In this document: positions 32,339-48,172 of the stretch, in pieces
Layout: every line of letters starts with the position of its first letter
How positions within the stretch are numbered: position 1 is the first letter of the stretch
Source: Escherichia coli
GTDB lineage: Bacteria > Pseudomonadota > Gammaproteobacteria > Enterobacterales > Enterobacteriaceae
DNA: 64,000 nt
Assembly: GCF_017348835.2 (NCBI RefSeq)
Contig: NZ_CP071375.1
Direction: 5' to 3' (one strand)
Made by a program: the position numbers and the translations under genes
Notes under the pieces: model-generated
The model's input: only the letters and a program-made list of their open reading frames with translations
What the model was told of the DNA's origin: nothing
The model's database searches: none

Positions 32339-32950
32339 TTAAACTGACGATTCAACTTTATAATCTTTGAAATAATATTGCTTATCCCGGTCGTTTATTT
32401 CGCGAATAACCCGACAAGGAACGCCAGCCGCCACGACGTTTGGTGGAATGTCTTTTGTGACGATACTACCCGCGCCAATAACAGAATTATCCCCGATGGT
32501 GACGCCTGGATTAATAACCACATGACTTCCGATCCAGACGTTATTGCCAATCGTTATCGGAAAAGAGTACATCTCGCCGTTTTTTCTCAATTCATGGTGT
32601 ACAGGGTGTCCCGTAACGGAAAGAGTAACGTTGGGTGCAATCAGTACGTTATCACCGATTGTTACCGTGTAGTCATCGACAATGGTTAAATTGAAATTTG
32701 CATAAAAATTGCGGCCTATATGGATGTTGGAACCGTAAGAGAAATAGACAGGCGGTTCTACCCAGGCGTTTTCCCCTACCTTGGCAAACATTTCTTTAAT
32801 CAGGCTTTCTCTTTTTTCAACTTCTGATGGATGCGAGTGATTAAACTCATACATTAACGTTTTCCCACGAAGTCTTTTTTCCGGTAAGCCTTCGCACATA
32901 TCGGTAAATAGCTTGCCTGCTTTTATTCTTTCTGTCATCGACATGTTCAT
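32339..32950 (-). CDS. lacA: galactoside O-acetyltransferase (203 aa)
   Basis: ORF 32339..33001 is artificially extended into a REP; true start MNMSMTERIKAGKLFTDM; hexapeptide-repeat acyltransferase. Confidence 0.92.
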   Translation of the reverse strand: MNMSMTERIKAGKLFTDMCEGLPEKRLRGKTLMYEFNHSHPSEVEKRESLIKEMFAKVGENAWVEPPVYFSYGSNIHIGRNFYANFNLTIVDDYTVTIGDNVLIAPNVTLSVTGHPVHHELRKNGEMYSFPITIGNNVWIGSHVVINPGVTIGDNSVIGAGSIVTKDIPPNVVAAGVPCRVIREINDRDKQYYFKDYKVESSV

Positions 32951-32974
32951 TGCGATCATTCCGTCCTGATATGT

Positions 32975-33010
32975 TGGTCGGATAAGGCGCTCGCGCCGCA
33001 TCCGACATTG
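32975..33010. repeat. REP unit in the lacY-lacA intergenic region
   Basis: GGTCGGATAAGGCGCTCGCGCCGCATCCGAC. Confidence 0.8.
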
Positions 33011-33015
33011 ATTGC

Positions 33016-34314
<1,299 letters not shown>

Positions 34315-34320
34315 TTATTA

Positions 34321-37433
<3,113 letters not shown>

Positions 37434-37439
37434 TCACAC

Positions 37440-37469
37440 AACATACGAGCCGGACACATAGAGTGTAAA
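37440..37469 (-). promoter_or_regulatory. lacZ promoter (-10 TATGTT, -35 TTTACA, 18-bp spacer)
   Basis: Hexamers read directly on the minus strand; spacer carries three substitutions relative to K-12 as I recall it. Confidence 0.9.
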
Positions 37470-37481
37470 GCCTGGGGTGCC

Positions 37482-37505
37482 TAATGAGTGAGCTGACTCA
37501 CATTA
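37482..37505 (-). promoter_or_regulatory. CAP/CRP site of the lac promoter
   Basis: TAATGTGAGTCAGCTCACTCATTA; one central substitution relative to the K-12 site as I recall it; both TGTGA/TCACT arms intact. Confidence 0.9.
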
Positions 37506-37525
37506 ATTGCGTTGCGCTCACTGCC
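37505..37525 (-). promoter_or_regulatory. lac operator O3 (overlaps the lacI 3' end)
   Basis: Reverse complement GGCAGTGAGCGCAACGCAATT; 92 bp from the O1 centre. Confidence 0.85.
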
Positions 37526-38600
37526 CGCTTTCCAGCCGGGAAACTTGGCGTGCCAGCTGCATTAATGAATCGGCCAACGCGCGGGGAGAGGCGGTTTGCG
37601 TCTTGGGCGCCAGGGTGGTTTTTCTTTTCACCAGAGAGACGGGCAAAAGCTGATTGCCCTTCACCGCCTGGCCCTGAGAGAGTTGCAGCAAGCGGTCCAC
37701 GCTGGTTTGCCCCAGCAGGCGAAAATCCTGTTTGATGGTGGTTAACGGCGGGATATAACACGAGCTGTCTTCGGTATCGTCGTATCCCACTACCGAGATA
37801 TCCGCACCAACGCGCAACCCGGACTCGGTAATGGCGCGCATTGCGCCCAGCGCCATCTGATCGTTGGCAACCAGCATCGCAGTGGGAACGATGCCCTCAT
37901 TTAGCATTTGCATGGTTTGTTGAAAACCGGACATGGCACTCCAGTCGCCCTCCCGTTCCGCTATCGGCTGAATTTGATTGCGTGTGAGATATTTATGCCA
38001 GCCCGCCAGACGCAGACGCGCCGAGACAGAACTTAATGGGCCCGCTAACAGCGCGATTTGCTGGTGACCCAATGCGACCAGATGCTCCACGCCCAGTCGC
38101 GTACCGTCTTCATGGGAGAAAATAATACTGTTGATGGGAGTCTGGTCAGAGACATCAAGAAATAACGCCGGAACATTAGCGCAGGCAGCTTCCACAGCAA
38201 TGGCATCCTGGTCATCCAGCGGATAGTTAATGATCAGCCCACTGACGCGTTGCGCGAGAAGATTGTGCACCGCCGCTTTACAGGCTTCGACGCCGCTTCG
38301 TTCTACCATCGACACCACCACGCTGGCACCCAGTTGATCGGCGCGAGATTTAATCGCCGCGACAATTTGTGACGGCGCGTGCAGGGCCAGACTGGAGGTG
38401 GCAACGCCAATCAGCAACGACTGTTTCCCCGCCAGTTGTTGTGCCACGCGGTTGGGAATGTAATTCAGCTCCGCCATCGCCGCTTCCACTTTTTCCCGCG
38501 TTTTCGCAGAAACGTGGCTGGCCTGGTTCACCACGCGGGAAACGGTCTGATAAGAGACTCCGGCATACTCTGCGACATCGTATAGCGTTACTGGTTTCAC
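37518..38600 (-). CDS. lacI: lactose repressor (GTG start, 360 aa)
   Basis: ORF 37518..38609; GTG at 38598-38600 gives MKPVTLYDVAEYAGVSYQTVSRVVNQ. Confidence 0.97.
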   Translation of the reverse strand: MKPVTLYDVAEYAGVSYQTVSRVVNQASHVSAKTREKVEAAMAELNYIPNRVAQQLAGKQSLLIGVATSSLALHAPSQIVAAIKSRADQLGASVVVSMVERSGVEACKAAVHNLLAQRVSGLIINYPLDDQDAIAVEAACANVPALFLDVSDQTPINSIIFSHEDGTRLGVEHLVALGHQQIALLAGPLSSVSARLRLAGWHKYLTRNQIQPIAEREGDWSAMSGFQQTMQMLNEGIVPTAMLVANDQMALGAMRAITESGLRVGADISVVGYDDTEDSSCYIPPLTTIKQDFRLLGQTSVDRLLQLSQGQAVKGNQLLPVSLVKRKTTLAPKTQTASPRALADSLMQLARQVSRLESGQ

Positions 38601-38670
38601 ATTCACCACCCTGAATTGACTCTCTTCCGGGCGCTATCATGCCATACCGCGAAAGGTTTTGCGCCATTCG
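38601..38670 (-). promoter_or_regulatory. lacI promoter (-35 GCGCAA, -10 CATGAT), embedded in the 3' end of the upstream regulator gene
   Basis: Reverse complement reads GAATGGCGCAAAACCTTTCGCGGTATGGCATGATAGCGCCCGGAAGAGAGTCAATTCAGGGTGGTGAAT, the classical lacI promoter sequence. Confidence 0.85.
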
Positions 38671-39590
38671 GCGGGGCTGACGCCGAAGTGAGATTTAAAA
38701 TGCTGACGCCAGGTCACAGGTGAGAGAAAACCCACCTCAGCCGCTATCCGCTCCACGGGCAACTGACTGGATCCCAACAGTTCCTGGCTACGGCGTAAGC
38801 GTTCAGTAATGAGCCATTCGGCGATACTCGAACCGGTCGCTTTCATAAAATGGCGAGTTAATGTGCGGCGACTCATCATTACTCGCTGCGCCAGCGAGTC
38901 GAGATCATGCTGTTGCGCAATGTTTTGCCGCAGGTAATCCAGCAGGAGATTAATGCGTTCATCAAGGGTATTTTTCGGCACTGGTTGCTCAATAAACTGC
39001 GCCTGACCGCCAGTGCGATATGGCGGTACGACCATCCGTCGGGCAATATGGTTAGCATAGTCGCTGCCAAAATGTTGCCGAACAATATACAAACAGCAAT
39101 CCAGCGCCGCGGCAGTACCGGCAGAGGTAATAATGCCGTCATCGTCTACGTACAACGCGTTAATATCCAGATGTGTTTGTGGAAAACGTGCCTGAAATTC
39201 ACGCTCGAACTCCCAGTGCGTGGCGGCACGCTTATTTTTCAGTAAACCTGCATAGCCGAGCACAAACGTGCCCAGGCAAAGCCCGACAATCTGTGCGCCG
39301 TTATCCCGTGCGGTCGTTAAGGCTTCCAGCAGTTTTTGTGGCGGTTTTTGTGTAATGGTTCCCCAGTAAGGAATTATCACAATATCTGCCTGGATGACTG
39401 CGGTATAGTCATGGGTGGCGGTTACGGAAAACCCATCGGCAGAGTCCACGTTTCCCGGCTTTTCAGCGCAGATAATTACGTGAAAGTGTTTTTTCTCCGC
39501 CATTTTTTCGCTAAATACGATAAACGGTACGGAAAGGTGAAAAGGACTAAAACCGGCAACGGCGATAATGGCAACAGTTAGCGGGCGCAT
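38637..39590 (-). CDS. DJ-1/PfpI-domain plus AraC-type HTH transcriptional regulator (GlxA/FtrA-like), 317 aa
   Basis: N-terminal DJ-1-like domain with the conserved Cys nucleophile elbow (QIVGLCLGTFVL); C-terminal AraC HTH (RRTLTRHF, SPAEWRKTF). Confidence 0.8.
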   Translation of the reverse strand: MRPLTVAIIAVAGFSPFHLSVPFIVFSEKMAEKKHFHVIICAEKPGNVDSADGFSVTATHDYTAVIQADIVIIPYWGTITQKPPQKLLEALTTARDNGAQIVGLCLGTFVLGYAGLLKNKRAATHWEFEREFQARFPQTHLDINALYVDDDGIITSAGTAAALDCCLYIVRQHFGSDYANHIARRMVVPPYRTGGQAQFIEQPVPKNTLDERINLLLDYLRQNIAQQHDLDSLAQRVMMSRRTLTRHFMKATGSSIAEWLITERLRRSQELLGSSQLPVERIAAEVGFLSPVTWRQHFKSHFGVSPAEWRKTFRGMA

Positions 39591-39609
39591 AACACTCTTT
39601 ATCTCCGAA

Positions 39610-40398
39610 TTAGAATGTCAACGTTTCACCATCTTCTGGTACGTTCACAAATTCGATAATTTGATTATCTCTGGCGTATTCCTTGAGCGCATCACGCGTC
39701 AGCAAACAGTGGTTTACGGCCTCCATATGTGTCGCGACAATTTGCGCTTCTGGCAGGGTAAAATGTGTTTTGAGAATATCTTCTGCTCCCATAATTATCG
39801 CGCCATGCCCCAGAACATGCGCAAATCCGGCATTCAACACAACCACTTCTGGTTGGAAAGTTAGCATTGTAGCCTCGACGTCGTCACGCCAGAGGGTATC
39901 GCCACCCAGATAGAGCGTTTTCTCTGTCGGGTGCTGGAAAACAACGCCGCAGGCTGCGCCTAAACGCTTCGCCATAGCCGGGTCGGCATAGGTGCGATCG
40001 GAGCCGTGCTGCCCTGTCGTTTTATGCAGAGTAATATCGCCAAATTTAGTCTCGTCGGTAAGTACGGTAAGATGCGTAAATCCTTGTTTATTCAGTGATT
40101 CAGCATCTTGCTCATTTTGCACATAAATCAGTTTATCTTTAGGGACGACGCGGGAGGCTGTTTCGTCCCAGTGATCTTCATGCAAATGGGTCACGATTAG
40201 GGCGTCAACGTTGAGTAACGTTGTTAAATCGCACGGTAATTCTACCGTTGGATTGCGGATTTCTGCGCGTGCCGTTCCGGCAAAACCCGGATAACTTCCT
40301 TTAGGCGCGAGTAACGGGTCGATAAGAAATGTTTTGCCAGCGTATTGGATAATTTGGGTGGCATTACGAATTTGCGTAATTTTCATGATTTGCTCCAC
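39610..40398 (-). CDS. metallo-beta-lactamase-fold hydrolase (262 aa)
   Basis: HxHxDH motif (THLHEDHWDE) plus downstream His/Asp ligands; 19 bp upstream of the regulator on the same strand. Confidence 0.8.
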   Translation of the reverse strand: MEQIMKITQIRNATQIIQYAGKTFLIDPLLAPKGSYPGFAGTARAEIRNPTVELPCDLTTLLNVDALIVTHLHEDHWDETASRVVPKDKLIYVQNEQDAESLNKQGFTHLTVLTDETKFGDITLHKTTGQHGSDRTYADPAMAKRLGAACGVVFQHPTEKTLYLGGDTLWRDDVEATMLTFQPEVVVLNAGFAHVLGHGAIIMGAEDILKTHFTLPEAQIVATHMEAVNHCLLTRDALKEYARDNQIIEFVNVPEDGETLTF

Positions 40399-40500
40399 AT
40401 CACAGTATTGATGTCATTAGCGTAGCGTGCAGCCCGTACTGTGCATGTGGGCAAATGGGCGAATAACGATGAGAATGGGCCAAATTACACATTGGCGTAA

Positions 40501-41334
40501 CTAGCGTAAATGCACGCCGCTTCGCCGTCCGGCTACCAGAATAGCCTGTGATTCAACCCCTTCTTCGATCTGTTTTGCTACCCGTTGTAGCGCCGGAAGA
40601 TGCTTTTCCGCTGCCTGTTCGATGGTCATTGCGCTCGCCATATACACCAGATTCAGACAGCCAATCACCCGTTGTTCACTGCGCAGCGGTACGGCGATAG
40701 AGGCGATCTTTTCCTCCTGATCCCAGCCGCGGTAGTTCTGTCCGTAACCCTCTTTGCGCGCGCGCGCCAGAATGGCTTCCAGCTTTAACGGTTCCCGTGC
40801 CAGTTGATAGTCATCACCGGGGCGGGAGGCTAACATTTCGATTAATTCCTTGCGTTCTTGTTCCGGGCAAAAGGCCAGCCAGGTCAGGCCCGAGGCGGTT
40901 TTCAGAAGCGGTAAACGTCGCCCGACCATTGCCCGGTGAAAAGATAATCGGCTGAAACGATGGGTGGTTTCGCGTACCACCATTGCATCAACATCCAGCG
41001 TGGACACATCTGTCGGCCATACCACTTCGCGCAACAGATCGCCCAGCAGTGGGGCCGCCAGTGCAGAAATCCACTGTTCGTCACGAAATCCTTCGCTTAA
41101 TTGCCGCACTTTGATGGTCAGACGAAAACTATCATCGGAGGGACTGCGCCGGACATATCCCTCTTCCAGTAACGTCTCCAGCAGTCGCCGCACAGTGGTG
41201 CGATGCAGACCGCTGAGTTCCGCCAGCAGCCCGACGCTGGCACCGCCTTCAAGTTTATTTAACATATTTAATAACATTAGACCGCGGGTTAAGCCGCGCA
41301 CGGTTTTGTATTCCGTCTGCTCATTGTTCTGCAT
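40501..41334 (-). CDS. mhpR: IclR-family activator of the mhp operon (277 aa)
   Basis: ORF 40501..41448; recognised start MQNNEQTEYKTVRGLTRGLMLLNML at 41334. Confidence 0.9.
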   Translation of the reverse strand: MQNNEQTEYKTVRGLTRGLMLLNMLNKLEGGASVGLLAELSGLHRTTVRRLLETLLEEGYVRRSPSDDSFRLTIKVRQLSEGFRDEQWISALAAPLLGDLLREVVWPTDVSTLDVDAMVVRETTHRFSRLSFHRAMVGRRLPLLKTASGLTWLAFCPEQERKELIEMLASRPGDDYQLAREPLKLEAILARARKEGYGQNYRGWDQEEKIASIAVPLRSEQRVIGCLNLVYMASAMTIEQAAEKHLPALQRVAKQIEEGVESQAILVAGRRSGVHLR

Positions 41335-41366
41335 ATTAATTGACATTTCTATAGTTAAAACAACGT

Positions 41367-41383
41367 TGTGCACCTGGTGCACA
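41367..41383. promoter_or_regulatory. MhpR operator palindrome TGTGCACCTGGTGCACA
   Basis: Perfect inverted repeat read directly in the mhpR-mhpA divergent region. Confidence 0.7.
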
Positions 41384-41524
41384 TTCGGGCATGTTTTGAT
41401 TGTAGCCGAAAACACCCTTCCTATACTGAGCGCACAATAAAAAATCATTTACATGTTTTTAACAAAATAAGTTGCGCTGTACTGTGCGCGCAACGGCATT
41501 TTGTCCGAGTCGTGAGGTACTGAA

Positions 41525-43189
41525 ATGGCAATACAACACCCTGACATCCAGCCTGCTGTTAACCATAGCGTTCAGGTGGCGATCGCTGGTGCCGGTCCGG
41601 TCGGGCTGATGATGGCGAACTATCTCGGCCAGATGGGCATTGACGTGCTGGTGGTGGAGAAACTCGATAAGTTGATCGACTACCCGCGTGCGATTGGTAT
41701 TGATGACGAGGCGCTGCGCACCATGCAGTCGGTTGGCCTGGTCGATAATGTTCTGCCGCATACTACGCCGTGGCACGCGATGCGTTTTCTCACCCCGAAA
41801 GGCCGCTGTTTTGCTGATATTCAGCCAATGACCGATGAATTTGGCTGGCCGCGCCGTAACGCCTTTATTCAGCCACAGGTCGATGCGGTGATGCTGGAAG
41901 GGTTGTCGCGTTTTCCGAATGTGCGCTGCTTGTTTTCCCGCGAGCTGGAGGCCTTCAGCCAGCAAAATGACGAAGTGACCTTGCACCTGAAAACGGCAGA
42001 AGGGCAGCGGGAAACGGTCAAAGCCCAGTGGCTGGTAGCCTGTGACGGTGGAGCAAGTTTTGTCCGTCGCACTCTGAATGTGCCGTTTGAAGGTAAAACT
42101 GCGCCAAATCAGTGGATTGTGGTAGATATCGCCAACGATCCGTTAAGTACGCCGCATATCTATTTATGTTGCGATCCGGTGCGCCCGTATGTTTCTGCCG
42201 CGCTGCCTCATGCGGTACGTCGCTTTGAATTTATGGTGATGCCGGGAGAAACCGAAGAACAGCTGCGTGAGCCGCAAAATATGCGCAAGCTGTTAAGCAA
42301 AGTGCTGCCTAATCCGGACAATGTTGAATTGATTCGCCAGCGTGTCTACACCCACAACGCGCGACTGGCGCAACGTTTCCGTATTGATCGCGTACTGCTG
42401 GCGGGCGATGCCGCGCACATCATGCCGGTATGGCAGGGGCAGGGCTATAACAGTGGTATGCGCGACGCCTTTAACCTCGCATGGAAACTGGCGTTGGTTA
42501 TCCAGGGGAAAGCCCGCGATGCGCTGCTCGATACCTATCAACAAGAACGTCGCGATCACGCCAAAGCGATGATTGACCTGTCCGTGACGGCGGGCAACGT
42601 GCTGGCTCCGCCGAAACGCTGGCAGGGTACGTTACGTGACGGCGTTTCCTGGCTGCTGAATTATCTGCCGCCAGTAAAACGCTACTTCCTCGAAATGCGC
42701 TTCAAGCCGATGCCGCAATATTACGGCGGTGCGCTGGTGCGTGAGGGCGAGGCGAAGCACTCTCCGGTCGGCAAGATGTTTATTCAGCCGAAAGTCACGC
42801 TGGAAAACGGCGACGTGACGCTACTCGATAACGCGATCGGCGCGAACTTCGCGGTAATTGGCTGGGGATGCAATCCACTGTGGGGGATGAGCGACGAGCA
42901 AATCCAGCAGTGGCGCGCGTTGGGCACACGCTTCATTCAGGTGGTGCCGGAAGTGCAAATTCATACCGCACAGGATAACCACGACGGCGTACTACGCGTG
43001 GGGGATACGCAAGGTCGCCTGCGTAGCTGGTTCGCGCAACACAATGCTTCGCTGGTGGTGATGCGTCCGGATCGCTTTGTTGCCGCCACCGCCATTCCGC
43101 AAACCCTGGGCAAGACCCTGAATAAACTGGCGTCGGTAATGACGCTGACCCGCCCTGATGCCGACGTTTCTGTCGAAAAGGTAGCCTGA
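41525..43189 (+). CDS. mhpA: 3-(3-hydroxyphenyl)propionate hydroxylase (FAD monooxygenase)
   Basis: 554 aa; FAD-binding GAGPVG motif near the N-terminus. Confidence 0.92.
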   Translation: MAIQHPDIQPAVNHSVQVAIAGAGPVGLMMANYLGQMGIDVLVVEKLDKLIDYPRAIGIDDEALRTMQSVGLVDNVLPHTTPWHAMRFLTPKGRCFADIQPMTDEFGWPRRNAFIQPQVDAVMLEGLSRFPNVRCLFSRELEAFSQQNDEVTLHLKTAEGQRETVKAQWLVACDGGASFVRRTLNVPFEGKTAPNQWIVVDIANDPLSTPHIYLCCDPVRPYVSAALPHAVRRFEFMVMPGETEEQLREPQNMRKLLSKVLPNPDNVELIRQRVYTHNARLAQRFRIDRVLLAGDAAHIMPVWQGQGYNSGMRDAFNLAWKLALVIQGKARDALLDTYQQERRDHAKAMIDLSVTAGNVLAPPKRWQGTLRDGVSWLLNYLPPVKRYFLEMRFKPMPQYYGGALVREGEAKHSPVGKMFIQPKVTLENGDVTLLDNAIGANFAVIGWGCNPLWGMSDEQIQQWRALGTRFIQVVPEVQIHTAQDNHDGVLRVGDTQGRLRSWFAQHNASLVVMRPDRFVAATAIPQTLGKTLNKLASVMTLTRPDADVSVEKVA

Positions 43190-43190
43190 T

Positions 43191-44135
43191 ATGCACGCTT
43201 ATCTTCATTGTCTTTCCCACTCGCCGCTGGTGGGGTATGTCGACCCGGCACAAGAGGTACTCGATGAGGTCAATGGCGTGATTGCCAGCGCCCGCGAGCG
43301 TATTGCGGCTTTCTCCCCTGAACTGGTGGTGCTGTTTGCGCCAGATCACTACAACGGCTTTTTCTATGACGTGATGCCACCGTTCTGTTTAGGCGTTGGA
43401 GCGACGGCAATTGGTGATTTCGGCAGTGCGGCAGGAGAGCTGCCCGTGCCTGTGGAGCTGGCGGAGGCCTGTGCGCATGCCGTCATGAAGAGCGGGATCG
43501 ATCTTGCCGTTTCTTACTGTATGCAGGTGGACCACGGGTTCGCCCAGCCGCTGGAGTTCCTGCTCGGTGGGCTGGATAAGTTGCCAGTTCTGCCTGTGTT
43601 CATCAACGGTGTCGCCACGCCGCTGCCCGGTTTCCAGCGTACCCGCATGTTGGGTGAAGCCATTGGACGTTTCACCAGCACTCTCAATAAACGCGTGCTG
43701 TTCCTGGGTTCCGGTGGGCTTTCCCATCAGCCGCCGGTGCCCGAACTGGCGAAAGCCGATGCCCATATGCGCGACCGTCTGTTGGGGAGCGGGAAAGATT
43801 TACCCGCCAGTGAGCGCGAATTGCGTCAGCAAAGGGTGATTAGCGCCGCTGAGAAGTTTGTTGAGGATCAGAGAACTCTGCATCCGCTCAACCCGATTTG
43901 GGATAACCAGTTCATGACTTTGCTGGAGCAGGGACGCATACAGGAACTGGATGCCGTCAGTAACGAAGAGCTTTCCGCCATTGCCGGAAAGTCGACACAT
44001 GAAATCAAAACCTGGGTCGCCGCTTTTGCCGCTATTTCTGCATTTGGCAACTGGCGTAGCGAAGGGCGTTATTACCGCCCAATCCCGGAGTGGATTGCCG
44101 GATTTGGCTCGTTAAGCGCCAGAACAGAGAACTGA
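43191..44135 (+). CDS. mhpB: 2,3-dihydroxyphenylpropionate 1,2-dioxygenase (extradiol)
   Basis: 314 aa. Confidence 0.92.
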
Positions 44136-44137
44136 AT

Positions 44138-45019
44138 ATGCAGGAGAAGATGATGAGTTATCAGCCACAAACCGAAGCCGCCACCAGCCGTTTTCTGAAT
44201 GTAGAAGAAGCGGGTAAAACGCTGCGCATCCATTTTAATGACTGCGGACAAGGCGACGAAACCGTTGTCCTGCTGCATGGTTCCGGCCCGGGTGCTACTG
44301 GCTGGGCGAACTTCAGCCGCAATATCGATCCGCTGGTAGAGGCGGGCTATCGGGTGATCCTGCTGGATTGTCCGGGTTGGGGCAAGAGCGATTCGATCGT
44401 TAATAGTGGTTCGCGATCGGATCTTAATGCACGAATCCTGAAAAGCGTGGTGGATCAACTGGATATCGCCAAAATCCACCTGCTGGGCAACTCGATGGGT
44501 GGCCATAGTTCTGTGGCGTTCACCCTTAACTGGCCGGAGCGCGTCGGCAAACTGGTGCTGATGGGCGGCGGTACGGGCGGCATGAGTTTGTTTACGCCGA
44601 TGCCAACCGAAGGTATTAAGCGACTGAATCAGCTGTATCGTCAGCCGACTATCGAAAACCTGAAGCTGATGATGGATATCTTCGTTTTTGATACCAGCGA
44701 TTTGACCGACGCCCTGTTTGAAGCGCGCCTGAATAATATGCTGTCGCGCCGCGATCACCTGGAAAACTTTGTTAAGAGCCTGGAAGCCAATCCGAAACAG
44801 TTCCCGGATTTTGGCCCACGTCTGGCGGAAATCAAAGCGCAAACCCTGATTGTCTGGGGGCGCAACGACCGCTTTGTGCCGATGGATGCGGGTCTGCGTC
44901 TGCTGTCCGGCATTGCCGGTTCTGAACTGCATATCTTCCGCGACTGTGGTCACTGGGCGCAGTGGGAACATGCCGACGCTTTCAATCAACTGGTGCTGAA
45001 TTTCCTCGCACGTGCTTAA
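44138..45019 (+). CDS. mhpC: 2-hydroxy-6-ketonona-2,4-dienedioate hydrolase (alpha/beta hydrolase)
   Basis: ORF 44090..45019; GNSMGG nucleophile elbow; start taken at [10 protein letters not shown]. Confidence 0.9.
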
Positions 45020-46781
<1,762 letters not shown>

Positions 46782-46785
<4 letters not shown>

Positions 46786-47795
46786 ACGGTAAAAAACTTT
46801 ATATCTCGGACGTCACGTTGCGTGACGGTATGCACGCCATTCGTCATCAGTATTCGCTGGAAAACGTTCGCCAGATTGCCAAAGCACTGGACGATGCCCG
46901 CGTGGATTCGATTGAAGTGGCCCATGGCGACGGTTTGCAGGGGTCCAGCTTTAACTATGGTTTCGGCGCACATAGCGACCTTGAATGGATTGAAGCAGCG
47001 GCGGATGTGGTGAAGCACGCCAAAATCGCGACGTTGTTGCTGCCAGGAATCGGCACTATTCACGATCTGAAAAATGCCTGGCAGGCTGGCGCGCGGGTGG
47101 TTCGTGTGGCTACGCACTGTACCGAAGCTGATGTTTCCGCCCAGCATATTCAGTATGCCCGCGAACTCGGAATGGACACCGTTGGTTTTCTGATGATGAG
47201 CCATATGACCACGCCGGAGAATCTCGCCAAGCAGGCAAAGCTGATGGAAGGCTACGGTGCGACCTGTATTTATGTGGTGGATTCTGGCGGTGCGATGAAC
47301 ATGAGCGATATCCGTGACCGTTTCCGCGCCCTGAAAGCAGTGCTGAAACCAGAAACGCAAACGGGCATGCACGCTCACCATAACCTGAGTCTTGGCGTGG
47401 CGAACTCTATCGCGGCGGTGGAAGAGGGCTGCGACCGAATCGACGCCAGCCTCGCGGGAATGGGCGCGGGCGCAGGTAACGCGCCGCTGGAAGTATTTAT
47501 TGCCGCCGTGGATAAACTGGGTTGGCAGCATGGGGCCGATCTCTATGCGTTAATGGATGCCGCTGACGACCTGGTGCGTCCGTTGCAGGATCGACCGGTA
47601 CGAGTCGATCGCGAAACGCTGGCGCTGGGATACGCTGGTGTTTACTCCAGCTTCCTGCGTCACTGTGAAACGGCGGCGGCGCGTTATGGCTTAAGCGCGG
47701 TGGATATTCTCGTTGAGCTGGGCAAACGCCGGATGGTTGGCGGCCAGGAGGATATGATCGTCGACGTGGCGCTGGATCTGCGCAACAACAAATAA
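46782..47795 (+). CDS. mhpE: 4-hydroxy-2-oxovalerate aldolase
   Basis: 337 aa; ATGA overlap with mhpF. Confidence 0.92.
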
Positions 47796-47829
47796 TATTG
47801 ACTGCCGAGAACGTGCATTTTGTATGCCC

Positions 47830-48085
<256 letters not shown>

Positions 48086-48172
48086 CCCGTAGGCAGTCAT
48101 TAAATGGTTCTGATTACGCGGCTGGCAATGTATCAGTCGCGATTCACCTGCACTCGCAACGAGGTTCATCTT

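Noticed and set aside
32951-33001. N-terminal extension of the lacA ORF (MRRERLIRPTYQDGMIA...)
   Set aside because: The extension reads through a REP unit; the genuine lacA start is the MNMSMTE methionine at 32950.
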